NCBI GenBank assembly: GCA_012295275.1
Contig: CM022679.1
Span: forward strand, 9,920,001-9,984,000
Reading direction: 5' to 3'
DNA from: Chrysomallon squamiferum
Lineage: Eukaryota; Animalia; Mollusca
Length of the DNA: 64,000 bases
Position numbers and translations under genes: made by a program. Below are positions 53,401 through 64,000 of the stretch, piece after piece. The notes below the pieces were generated by a model, which made no database searches, had not been told where the DNA came from, and worked only from the letters and a program-made list of their open reading frames with translations. Numbering within the stretch: the stretch's first letter is position 1; the number at the start of each line of letters is the position of its first letter.

Positions 53401-56243
53401 TAATAAAATAAAATAAAAAATATAAAATATAAAATATGAAATGAAATGAAACAAAACAAAACAAAATAAAATAAAGTGATGTGAAATGAACTGAAGTAAA
53501 ATGAAATGATAAAAGCACAAAAATAAATAAATAAATAAATAAATAAACAATATAAAGTAAAAGAAATTAAATTAAAAGTAAAATAGAGCATAAAGTAAGT
53601 AAATTACAATAAAACAAAAATGAAGTGAAATGAATTAAGATACAAAAAAAACATAATAAAATAAATAAAGTAATAAAAAACAATAATAAAAAGTAACATG
53701 GAATGAAAAAAAATAAAATAAAATAAAATAAAATAAAATTAAATTAAAATAAAAATAAAATACAAATAACAAAACATTAAAAAAAAAATGAAATACAATA
53801 AAAATAAGATAAACAAAATTTTTTAAAAGAAGCAATCAACAAATGATGGTGTGTATGTGACTGTGAGTGAATAAATCTGTTATAAGAACAAGTGTTAATG
53901 CTGTATGCAACATAGCTGAATAACTTCAGGCAAGAAATACTTAATATTGTGAAAAGACTACTTTTATGCAGTGAGTTATATTTAACACTGTTACATACAT
54001 GCTGGAGAATTCTGAATATTATAAAATTACTTTTTGTCAGTTAACTAATATATAATCAGAGGTGTTCAATCAATAAAACTTCAAATTATTAACATGTAAT
54101 GTCTACTTTCTAAGCAAGACTTCTGCCTATTAAAACTTCAAGGATCAAAATTAAAAAAAAAAAATAAATAAATAAATTAGAAAATAAATTAAACAAGAAA
54201 TTTAAAAAAAAAAAAAAGTAATAAAAAATAATAACAATAAAATTTAAAATAAATTAATAAATAAATTAAAAATTAATAATTAAAAAATTAATTGACTTTT
54301 TATTGTGTTTAGAATATACTGTCCATACACTGCTGTGTGGTTTTTCCTTACCATTACAAATACTACTGCTGCAGGGCAGATTCCTATGAACAGATAGAAC
54401 ATGATTTCCAGACTTTTGTACCTGAAATAAACAAAAAGTTTGTCATACTCAAGCATAAAAATGTATTCAGTTGATTGTTATTGTTGAACAATGGGCAAAC
54501 ATTATCATCTTGTTAAAAAAAAAAAATTAATTCTTTTTACTGTTGCATAATCTAGCTAAATCTGTTATCTGACTGAAGTCTGTTGTTTGAAAGCATGTTG
54601 AACTACCAATTTTTCACCTAAATATACAAGTAACATCAGTAATAATTTTTAGAATTATACTGGGTACTAATAGTGTTAGCTATAATGTGGAAAATTTTAG
54701 AAAAGAAAAAAAAAGATTACATCCATTTCAAGGAGATGAACTAAAAGTTTGAGTTGAATAAAAACTAATTATTAAAAAGAAAACGTACTGTTCATGGTAA
54801 GTATATTGATAGGCAATGCCCAAAGCAGCCAAAATCCAAATAATCCAGGCCACATGCAGTCCCCACCAACCCAAATCCTTTAAAGTTAACCTAAAACCAA
54901 GAAATAGAAAAAAAATATATATATTAATAGCCCAAAATCACTATGTCAAAGTAAAAATGACCAAGATTTTCTACGAAGTTTTTCTTTAAATAAAAATAAA
55001 TAAACAAATAAATAAAATAATAACAATACAACAATTAATTACATATAAATAAAGATATTTCATAAACCTTAAATGAAACCAAAGCCTTTGTTGATGGTAA
55101 ATAATTCTCAATTTGACAGAAAGAATTTTTTATAAAAGTGCCCTCCCATAGACAGGAAAGCACACACCACAGCGTTTGTTAAATCAGACAAGGAACGCCA
55201 GCAGGAACAAGAAAAAGTTAAAAGGAAATACATGAACTGGAGAATTAATCGGAAATGTGCTCACTTTGTGCACTTACCATGGTGTGTAACTTGCTGCAAT
55301 GAAGATGTAAATGACCACTCTGTCACCAATGTGGAAAAAATCCTTCACAGTCCTGAAAACAGATTTTTCTTTTTAAAAATACAAATACATTTGATATATA
55401 CAATAATTATTCATTGTTAATAACATTATAGTACATCCACAGTGCCTGCTAAAACATGTTGATAATTTTTCCATTCCATTTTTTATACCAACTGTATTTT
55501 ACATGTATAAATAGAACATTTGTGTGACTATTCTGTGTTAATAATATAGAACACTATATATCCACACATCTGAAAAGCAGATTAGTTACATAGTTTTTGC
55601 ATGTTTTAACCTGACAATATGTTACAAATATGAACAGAAGATAATCTATAACAAATAATATAATGTTACTTATTATCCATGTTACTTATTATCACAGTTG
55701 GGGAATAAAATCACAGTATATCCACATATCCGGTAGATCCAAAGCAAATGCTTTTTTTGCCCATCAACATGTTTCATATTAATAACAATATTTTACAAAT
55801 ATAAACTATAGATATTATATAATTAATCTTGTTTATCATCATCTGTATTCAGTATTTAGAGAACAATAATCACTGTTCATATTACATTACACGCATCGGC
55901 AGTTCTTCTAAACAGACTAGTAATAAAACTAATTTATTTATACACTACAGATAAACCATTAACACAAAGTCATTAATTACTACTGTTTGAAGGATACTTC
56001 CATATGATTGATTATATTGTTATTTGATGCTAGAAAAATATTTTATTTATGACAAAGGGTCTTTCCATGTCAAATCACACACACACAAAAAAATGTTTTT
56101 AAACCCAACCGTCTCAGATTTTTATGAACCTTGGCATACTTGTTGATTGGGATCCCACAGCACCAAATCCGATTTTTCTTTATTTATTTAATTTTAATTT
56201 TATGTCAAATATATATGTAAATGAAATTAATATTTAGAATAAA

Positions 56244-56274
<31 letters not shown>

Positions 56275-57698
56275 AAATAATAATTTGAAAAACACTCTGT
56301 AAACATCAAAACAAAAAAAAAAAAAAAAACAATAACTAATGATAAAATTTAATTATTTAACACAAAAAAAAAAAAAAAAAAAAAAAAAATAAAAATAATA
56401 ACAAATCAGAAAAACAAGTGTACAAGTATAGAAGAAAATAGACAAAAACATCTCATCATGCTATACCTGCTGTATTTCTCTGAATGATAGCATATTGTGT
56501 GAAATGTTGTGGACACAGTGAACAGAGCCAGCAGGGCACCACCATAAACCATGGCATTAGTCAACTGAATACCAGACTGTGCCAGAAACACCATGAACAA
56601 AAGTCCCATCAGACTGGGTATTATCCATATCTGAAAGAGAAAGCAGATGGGAATTAAAAGTTGCAGAAAATGAAACTAGAAATAAAGCATTTGTTTGTCG
56701 GTTTCTGATTAGCAGTGTATGAAGTTATTTATTGTTAATTATGTTCTCTACTCTACTGAAGGGAACAATTCCAATTTAATGCTATCACCACTAAAATCAA
56801 GTTAATGATTTCAAACATTAGCTCGTAGTGACATTTTGTATTTGAAAATCCAATTAAAATGTTAAAAAAAACCCACAAAAAAAACAAGCCCCAGTATTAA
56901 TTCAAATGTCACTGAAATTATGGAATAACTGCAGAAGTTGCTAAATGGCAAACCAATTTTCCTGCTAAAACTGACATGTGCATTATGTCATTCAGTGCAC
57001 AGTATTGCCTTCACTTGATCAAACATGATAGCACCCATGCATTATTCACTCCAGACAATCAAACGGATCATTTCTTTTTAAATTAGCATAAATTTCAGTG
57101 GCATATTCTGATGTCATCAAAAAACGTATGCTGCTTTAATGACCAAGCAATATTTCTTAAAATGTGTGGATCGCATTGGATCCAGGTACTTTATAACCCC
57201 ATACTGTGTCTGATGATCTTGCTGTTCACCATGACAAACAGTTTTCATTACAATTTCACAAGTGGATTAACTAGCCTGCTGTTAGTTTAACTATAACATT
57301 TTTGTAACCACAAGTTAATAATCTGATGAATTTACATCAAGACTTTACATTACTGATAAAGTGATAAAATAAATAAATAAACAAATGAGACAAAAAAAAA
57401 AAAAAATTAAAAAATTAAAAGTTCAAAGCAAAATGAACACATAAAATTTTGCATCAGAATCCTTCAGCATACAAGCAAATTTGTATTTATATAGTTGATA
57501 CATCTGATATCTCTAATGTATTAAATAATTAAATGTAAATTATCTTTAGAAAAACAACAACTTAAAAACCCCTGTCAAACGACATTCTTGATTTAGAACA
57601 TGTTTTGACAATATATATGTATATATATATATATATAAATGTTATATAACCTGTTTGTTCATTTTTATAATATATCTATCAAATTTATATTTGTTAAA

Positions 57699-57729
<31 letters not shown>

Positions 57730-57854
57730 TGATTTAACAGATATAAATTTTCATTTAAATATAAAATAAAAACAATTTTATTTTTTATTTTTTACCCAAT
57801 GTGCCATCACATTAGACAGATGAAACACACACATGCACCCATGCGCACACCCAT

Positions 57855-57897
<43 letters not shown>

Positions 57898-59666
57898 AAT
57901 TTTCATTTAAATATAAAATTAAAATAAAATTTTGTTTACCCCATGTGTTATCACATTAGCCAAATGTTCCACATCAGTAGGGACATAAGCCTGGCCAGGA
58001 CCCGCCCTTCTGTTCATAAGTCTGTAAAGCAAACAATGTAATATTAATATACAGCAATGTCATAAATCAAAAACACTTTACAATAACGAAAATGTACAGC
58101 TGTGACATTCAAATAACTTGGCTATCAACCAAGTTTCAATAACACAACAAAAAATAATAACAATAAATCCTATGTTTGCTGATAATAAATCAACTGGAGA
58201 ATAACTGTCATGCTTTCAGATTAACAAAGCAATGTTAGCTTGATGAGAGCACAAAAGTATTTTTATTAACAGTATATTCACACATGTATGTACACGCATT
58301 AATAATATGAAAAAGGAAACCTAATAAAATCACTGCATGGCTTATATCTCATTTATTCAGGTAAAAGGCCATGATTTTCAATAAACCGTGTGAAATATTA
58401 TGACAAAATTTTAAATAAGTAAATAAATAATAATGATGATGATATGGAAATATTTTTTCAAAAATTAAATGTTTGCTACAAAAATTACACCCTTTCTTTT
58501 TGATATTCATATTATGTAATATATCTAGCCCATAAATTCAAAAGATATTAAATCTTTTAACATTAATAAAAATTAACCCACCAAACTATAAATGTGTAAA
58601 TTGTAAATATCCTTAAAAAGGAGGGAAAAAGTAATAAACCATCTGTTTTGTTGTTAAGTATTTACTAACAGCATATCATTGATATATAACTAAAAACATT
58701 AATGTACAACACAGCATGTATGCTTTATACTTTACTTTTCAAATTTATTCATGTGCTTTGTTTTTTAAAACCACACACATACACACACACATATGCATCT
58801 AAAAGCCTAAGGAGCCTAAGCAAAAACAATAAAATATTTCAGATAAGCATCTTCATTTCATTTCTTGCTTAAGGAAGAGAGATAAAAGAAACCAAAGATA
58901 TTCAGGGGTATTTCTACTTCTATCCTTGGGCATATAACAAAAGAAACTTAATTCCAAATATTATTTTATGAATTTTTGTTTTTAAGGTCTTCTCAGTTTC
59001 TCAGTTTAAAACATACATTGCATCACATATACAATATATCTTCTACCCTTTCAGCTTTGCATATTTACAGTGCTGTTTTATACAAATTTTTACATTAATG
59101 AACTTAAAAACAAATAAGTGACTATTATACTATTACACTGCTGACATATTTACTGTTCATTACTTCTTGGTAACTACATTTCTACTGTAATAGAGCTATT
59201 AAACAAATCTTTTTTTTTTTTTTTTTTTTTTAGGGGTGTTTATTTACTTAGCCCAAACTGAAAATCAAAATAATAACTTATTTCTAATTTAGCATACTTA
59301 TATATTAACAGATGCATTTAAAATTAACAAAATAAACTTTACTAGTGTTGTTTTTGTTATGTAAATGTATGCATTATAAAATAAATAATCTAATGGAAAC
59401 CCATACATGAATCATATGAGTACAGAATAAATTAATTAAACAATAAATTATAAACAATCATGTAAGTGTTTCATTCTAAATTAATTTGTACAAGAACACA
59501 TAAATTTACATATTGTATAACACATACACACTTAATTATACATACATTTACATAATACACTACTAACTTTGAAAATCTAACATTTAAAAAAAAAAAATAT
59601 GTATTTCAATTCTCACCTTTTCAGATTATCAAATGATGCAATATGCTTCAGTGAAAGAGATGCCAT
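53115..59666 (-). CDS. MMD2: Monocyte-to-macrophage differentiation factor family (MMD/MMD2, PAQR10/11; haemolysin-III-like 7TM protein)
   Basis: Exons 59666-59617, 58021-57940, 56630-56467, 55352-55278, 54890-54789, 54421-54352, 53336-53115, all phase-consistent. Motifs MNRRA...YVPTDVEHLANVITHG, LFTVSTTFH, DRVVIYIFIAASYTPWL and GVVFFKCDGIIPFAHAIWHCFV. MMD versus MMD2 cannot be distinguished; it is probably co-orthologous to both. Confidence 0.92.
53340..53835. repeat. A-rich low-complexity tract ((AAT)n, (AAAAT)n, (AAATG)n) in the last MMD intron
   Basis: Directly visible. It accounts for four spurious ORFs in the track. Confidence 0.9.
55130..55218 (-). mobile_element. SINE core fragment in an MMD intron
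   Basis: ctcccatagacaggaaagcacacaccacagcgtttgtta is the reverse of the taataaagaatgtggg...ctatcc...tgtgggatg core at ~40930-40970. Confidence 0.55.
57743..57966. repeat. Local tandem duplication including the 3' end and donor site of MMD coding exon 2
   Basis: ataaattttcatttaaatataaaa...tttacccaatgtgccatcacattagacagatg (57743-57822) versus ataaattttcatttaaatataaaa...tttaccccatgtgttatcacattagccaaatg (57895-57966). Each copy is preceded by (CA)n. Confidence 0.85.
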
Positions 59667-60778
59667 CCTTATTAATAATTACTTAAAACATTTGTTACTG
59701 AATGCCCAGTTATTATCGCCAAAAAGTACTTTTACAAAACTGTTTCAGAAGCAAACCAACATGATTTATTTGTAGAGTGTTTGATCAGGTCTGAGATTGA
59801 CAGAGTAAGTAGACAACCTCATGGTGCATGCAATATGTAAATATATTTAAATGAAATTAAGTAATAATGTACAGAAATAGAAACACTCGATGTGACAGCT
59901 AATAGATATGCACAGAAGTACAAAAACAGTAATAACAGTCAGAATGGTGAATGTCGCTGACAGTCCTGAATAATAATGATAACGGCAAAAAAGATGATGA
60001 CACTTCACAATACAATTCAATACAATACAATACAATACACAACACAATAAATATAATAATAATATTAATAAAAAAAAAGTAATAACAGCAGTTTTTCTTT
60101 AAAAAGAAAAAAAAAAAATGGAAAAAACAAACAAAAGATCACCGCAGAATATATCGATTCCCAATGTTGAAAGAATCTTAACAATTCATTCACAGTGAGT
60201 ATACGTATTTAATTACACACAGATGACTGAGATAACACTGTGTTTCTGTCAGTATCTGTAAACTAGCACACACTGGGTTACAAACAATTCAACAGTCTGT
60301 TGTACAGCTTACATCAGTAGCAAGTGCACATGGCAACTGGTTCAAAGGCCAGCATGGGTGTTCTATGGTCCAACTGATAATTATTTGTCATTTGTACTCA
60401 ATGCACACCAAAGTGTGATCGACTACCTGATAACACAGTTAATTAAAACATTTCCTCAAACATGTGTGAAGAAAATTCATTAAGTGCAGCTAAAAATACG
60501 ATGTCACACTGTTTTTTACATGACAAGCTACTTTTCCAACATCAATATTTTTCTGTGCATTCTTTTTATTATTTAGTTGTTGCCTGTTTTGTTTTTTTTG
60601 TTCTGTTATTTGTTGTTTTCTTGTTGGACATTTTTAAAGCAAAATCAAAGAGCATACAAAATCAAAATTATACAAATAGTAAATTTTCAATTTTATCTGA
60701 AATGCTCATAGTGACAAAAAAAAAGTGTCAAAACATAAATTAATGTAAAATAAATAAAATAATAATAATAATAATAAT

Positions 60779-60858
60779 AAATATATAAATAAAATAATAC
60801 TAAAATAATGAATATATAAATAAAATAATACTAAAATAACGAATATATAAATAAAATA
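60779..60858. repeat. 31-bp tandem repeat, ~2.5 copies
   Basis: aatatataaataaaataatactaaaataa(t/c)g is repeated. Confidence 0.85.
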
Positions 60859-62723
60859 TTTATATATTTTTTTAATAGTTATTTAAATTCTATATCAGTT
60901 ATCAATTTGAAAGAAATATTTTGTGCATGTGTGTGTGTGTGCATGCAGTGTGTGTGTGTGTGCATGTGTGTGTGTGTGTATGTTTCTTTCTCTTTTTCTA
61001 TGTATTATGCTAATTAATTATGAAACACAGCTAATACTTAAAATCAGGAAGTGTGCCTGTTACATTTACAGTTTGGCTTGGAAATGGGTACATAAACATG
61101 ACCTAAAGCTAATTTACAACAATATAAAATGAAGACAGGAAGACAACTGCTTATCAAACTATAAATCATAAAAAAAAAAAAACAGTGTTACAAACATTTT
61201 AAAATTAACTGACACATGTTGTTGATTTTTTTCTTTTTTTTTTTTTTTTTTTAATATAAACTATTCCTTGCTGATATAATAATATACTGGATAAAACAAA
61301 TAATAAACTATGTATTATATCAACCTCTTCAAAGATCATATATATCAACAATGATAAACATTTACTCATAATAATGATTTTCTTATTGATAATAATAATA
61401 AAAGAATTAGTGCATTTTAAAAGCAGCATAAGTCTTTAAGAATCAAATGTGTTTATAACATCATATTCAAGCTAATCATAAATATTAATGAATATTATAG
61501 AGTCAAACTGAGGGTGAGATGAATGTTATTTATTATTTTTAATTAGTTTGAATTGTTACTTTATATAATGTAATTATGTTTAACTTAGAAATATATTTTG
61601 AATTTAACTGTCTAATATTTGAACAGAAGTCATAAACAGTGAAATGAACAAAAACAAAATTTTATTCCTCAGTTTTGGATAGTTTAGGGGAATAATATTG
61701 TTTCATTTTATTTATTTATTCATTCATTCATTTTTTTCATTTAAAAAAATAGTAATGAGAAATGAATCAACTCATATCAGTCATATTCCTTCTGTGAAAA
61801 TTTTTTGGGAATTAACAATGGTCAGTTTTCTTTTGATGCATATACAGATATAACTTTAAAAAGAATTTTCACAAAGGAGAATAATAAATAATTAATGATA
61901 ATCATAATGTCATATTAATCAGCAAAATGCATATCTTCAAAAGTTACTTAAAATGCATTATACCTGATTTTGAAAAAATCCAAACAAATTTAACATTAGT
62001 GAAATATGGTATATTACATCATGAAAATAACAAATACAAAATCTTAATGACTGAATATATATTTTTTTTTTTGATGTTTTATTTGTGACAAAGTATGCAT
62101 GTGCTATTTGAATATAAATCTGAAATAAAAATTCAAAGCATTTATGATTTTATCTATTTCAGACAGTAGTTTCAAGGATAATGCCCTCAACAAAACTATA
62201 AAAAAAATATCCGTGTTTAGTATTCAACAAGACTATATGTTTTTATCATGGGTCATTATTATACTATCCAACTTATAAAATGTTACACAACAGACAATAA
62301 TTTTTGGATTCTTGAAACAGTGTTTCAAATTTAATCAGCATGGTCATGATAGTGGTTTATTAAAATTTATATTCAGATTAATTTTTCTGATTTTTAACAC
62401 TAAATGAGCTCAAATGTTATGTAATTTTATGGCTTTTATTTTTTCCGTTTGAGTTTTTTTGTTTAATTAAGTTGTTCATTTGTATGGGTTTTTCTCATTA
62501 TTTTAATATTTATGAAATGTTCGTTTTTATTCATTACAATTTAAAACTCATATCTGAGATTTACAATTTTGACTAAGAATCATCGAACGATATCACACAT
62601 TATGATAAGGTTTATCTTAAGTTAAAACTTTGAAGCGGTTGGTATGAATCACTGAATGCAGTTGCAAAGCATTTTGTAAGAAACATATATATAAAGTTAA
62701 TTAAAAAAAATATATATATATAC

Positions 62724-63500
62724 CTTTCGTGATGAATAGTCCTCCAAATGTGGGACATATTATATTAGTCAGCTATTCATCAAGTCAATCAATATTAAAA
62801 ATTATTTCAGTATCTGCTCATTCTGGATCCAGACCAGGCTACAAACGGCAACTCTTTCGCCCGAAACTATAGATTGGTATTCTCACGTGATTTATAAGAA
62901 GCGTAGCAAGGTCAGGGATTTTCTTTTCTTCTTCTCGGATTTTCTCGGCTGATTTCCGATTTATAACGACATTAATGAACTGGCTGTTGATTGCAACAAC
63001 TCTGCTTAACAATACAAATCGACTATTTAGAATTTTAGAGCATGTTATTTATTTATTTTATTTTTTTAGGCAAACATCAAAAAGAAAAATGTATTTATAT
63101 ATTTAAAATAAAAATAAAATAATCTTATTATGGTTATTTTGGTAACCACGTTTTTTTTTTTTTTTTTTTTTTCTTAATCGTAATTTATAAGGTACACGCA
63201 ACTATCAAATATGTTAGATTGGTTCGTAGATGTATATTAATCCATCAATCCATTCATTCATACTCCATAATATATGGGCGTATCCAGGATTTGTTGGAGG
63301 GGTTTGTTTGTTTTTCTGATTTATTCTAGGGCGAGGTAAGACGTTTACTGGGTTTGCCGAAACATTTTCGGTTTGTACAACATAATCAATAAATATAACA
63401 AATCGCACCCCATCGCCTTCCATGTAAATATGCCAGTATTTGAATACGCAGTATTCACTTCCAACACTGAATCGTTCTCTCAATTTGAATAGTCTTATCT
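62724..63500 (-). promoter_or_regulatory. Putative non-coding first exon / CpG-retaining promoter of MMD
   Basis: Minus-strand donor ACGAAAG|gtatat at 62724/62723, with a sharp rise in CpG density from ~62700. Confidence 0.45.
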
Positions 63501-63842
63501 TTATTTGAATAAAAATATATCGATTAAACCATTTAATTTACATATATATGAAACCAACATGTACAGAACTTACGACGTAAAATATAATCATTGGTTTTAT
63601 TTATTTTTTTAAATTTATTTATTATTATTATTTGTCTGTGTTGTTTTTCTTGTTGCAGATTTTCGTTTGTTTACTGCTTGTTTTTATTTATTTATTAGTA
63701 TTATCATTTGTGTCTGTGTGTATATTTGCACGAATGAAGAAAGAATACATAAACATTAAACGATACCACAAAACATTTAGCATTAATGGAACTAAAACAT
63801 CAGAAACATGTTTTTGAGTAGCCTGTGATGATCAAATAGTGT

Positions 63843-63935
63843 GTCGATTAGCAGCAAGGAATAATTTCTTGTATCCCTTTTCTACGACATTCGTATGATA
63901 TTCGGTGAAGCATTGCTTGGAACAGGGAAGAAGAA
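63843..63935 (-). mobile_element. SINE fragment
   Basis: tcgattagcagcaagg...gtgaagcattgcttggaacaggga belongs to the same family as the 12714, 22080 and 55130 fragments. Confidence 0.45.
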
Positions 63936-64000
63936 GAAAAGACGGTTTCTAAGAAAATATCTGTTCATATAATTTTAATTACAGATAAAAGTAAATGCAG

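Overview
This is a very AT-rich, intron-containing animal genomic window with many microsatellites and decayed tRNA-derived SINE fragments. An invertebrate, plausibly a gastropod mollusc, is my inference. Five spliced genes could be reconstructed by hand with consistent GT-AG phases: a C2orf81/DUF4639-like gene (-, 5420-16235), ENKD1 head-to-head with it (+, 17027-20257, with a 1-nt frameshift in an A-run), a RADIL-like gene (+, ~30135-38316), OGFOD3 (-, 41480-46981) and MMD/MMD2 (-, 53115-59666). The most notable signal is an intact, solitary LINE ORF1p-type ORF (coiled coil, RRM, CTD; no ORF2) in the last intron of the C2orf81-like gene. It is on the host strand, has its own phase-0 splice acceptor and a downstream AATAAA, and so could be an alternative terminal exon producing a C2orf81-ORF1p fusion. 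Family assignments come from recalled motifs, not database searches. Most short ORFs in the supplied track are low-complexity artefacts.
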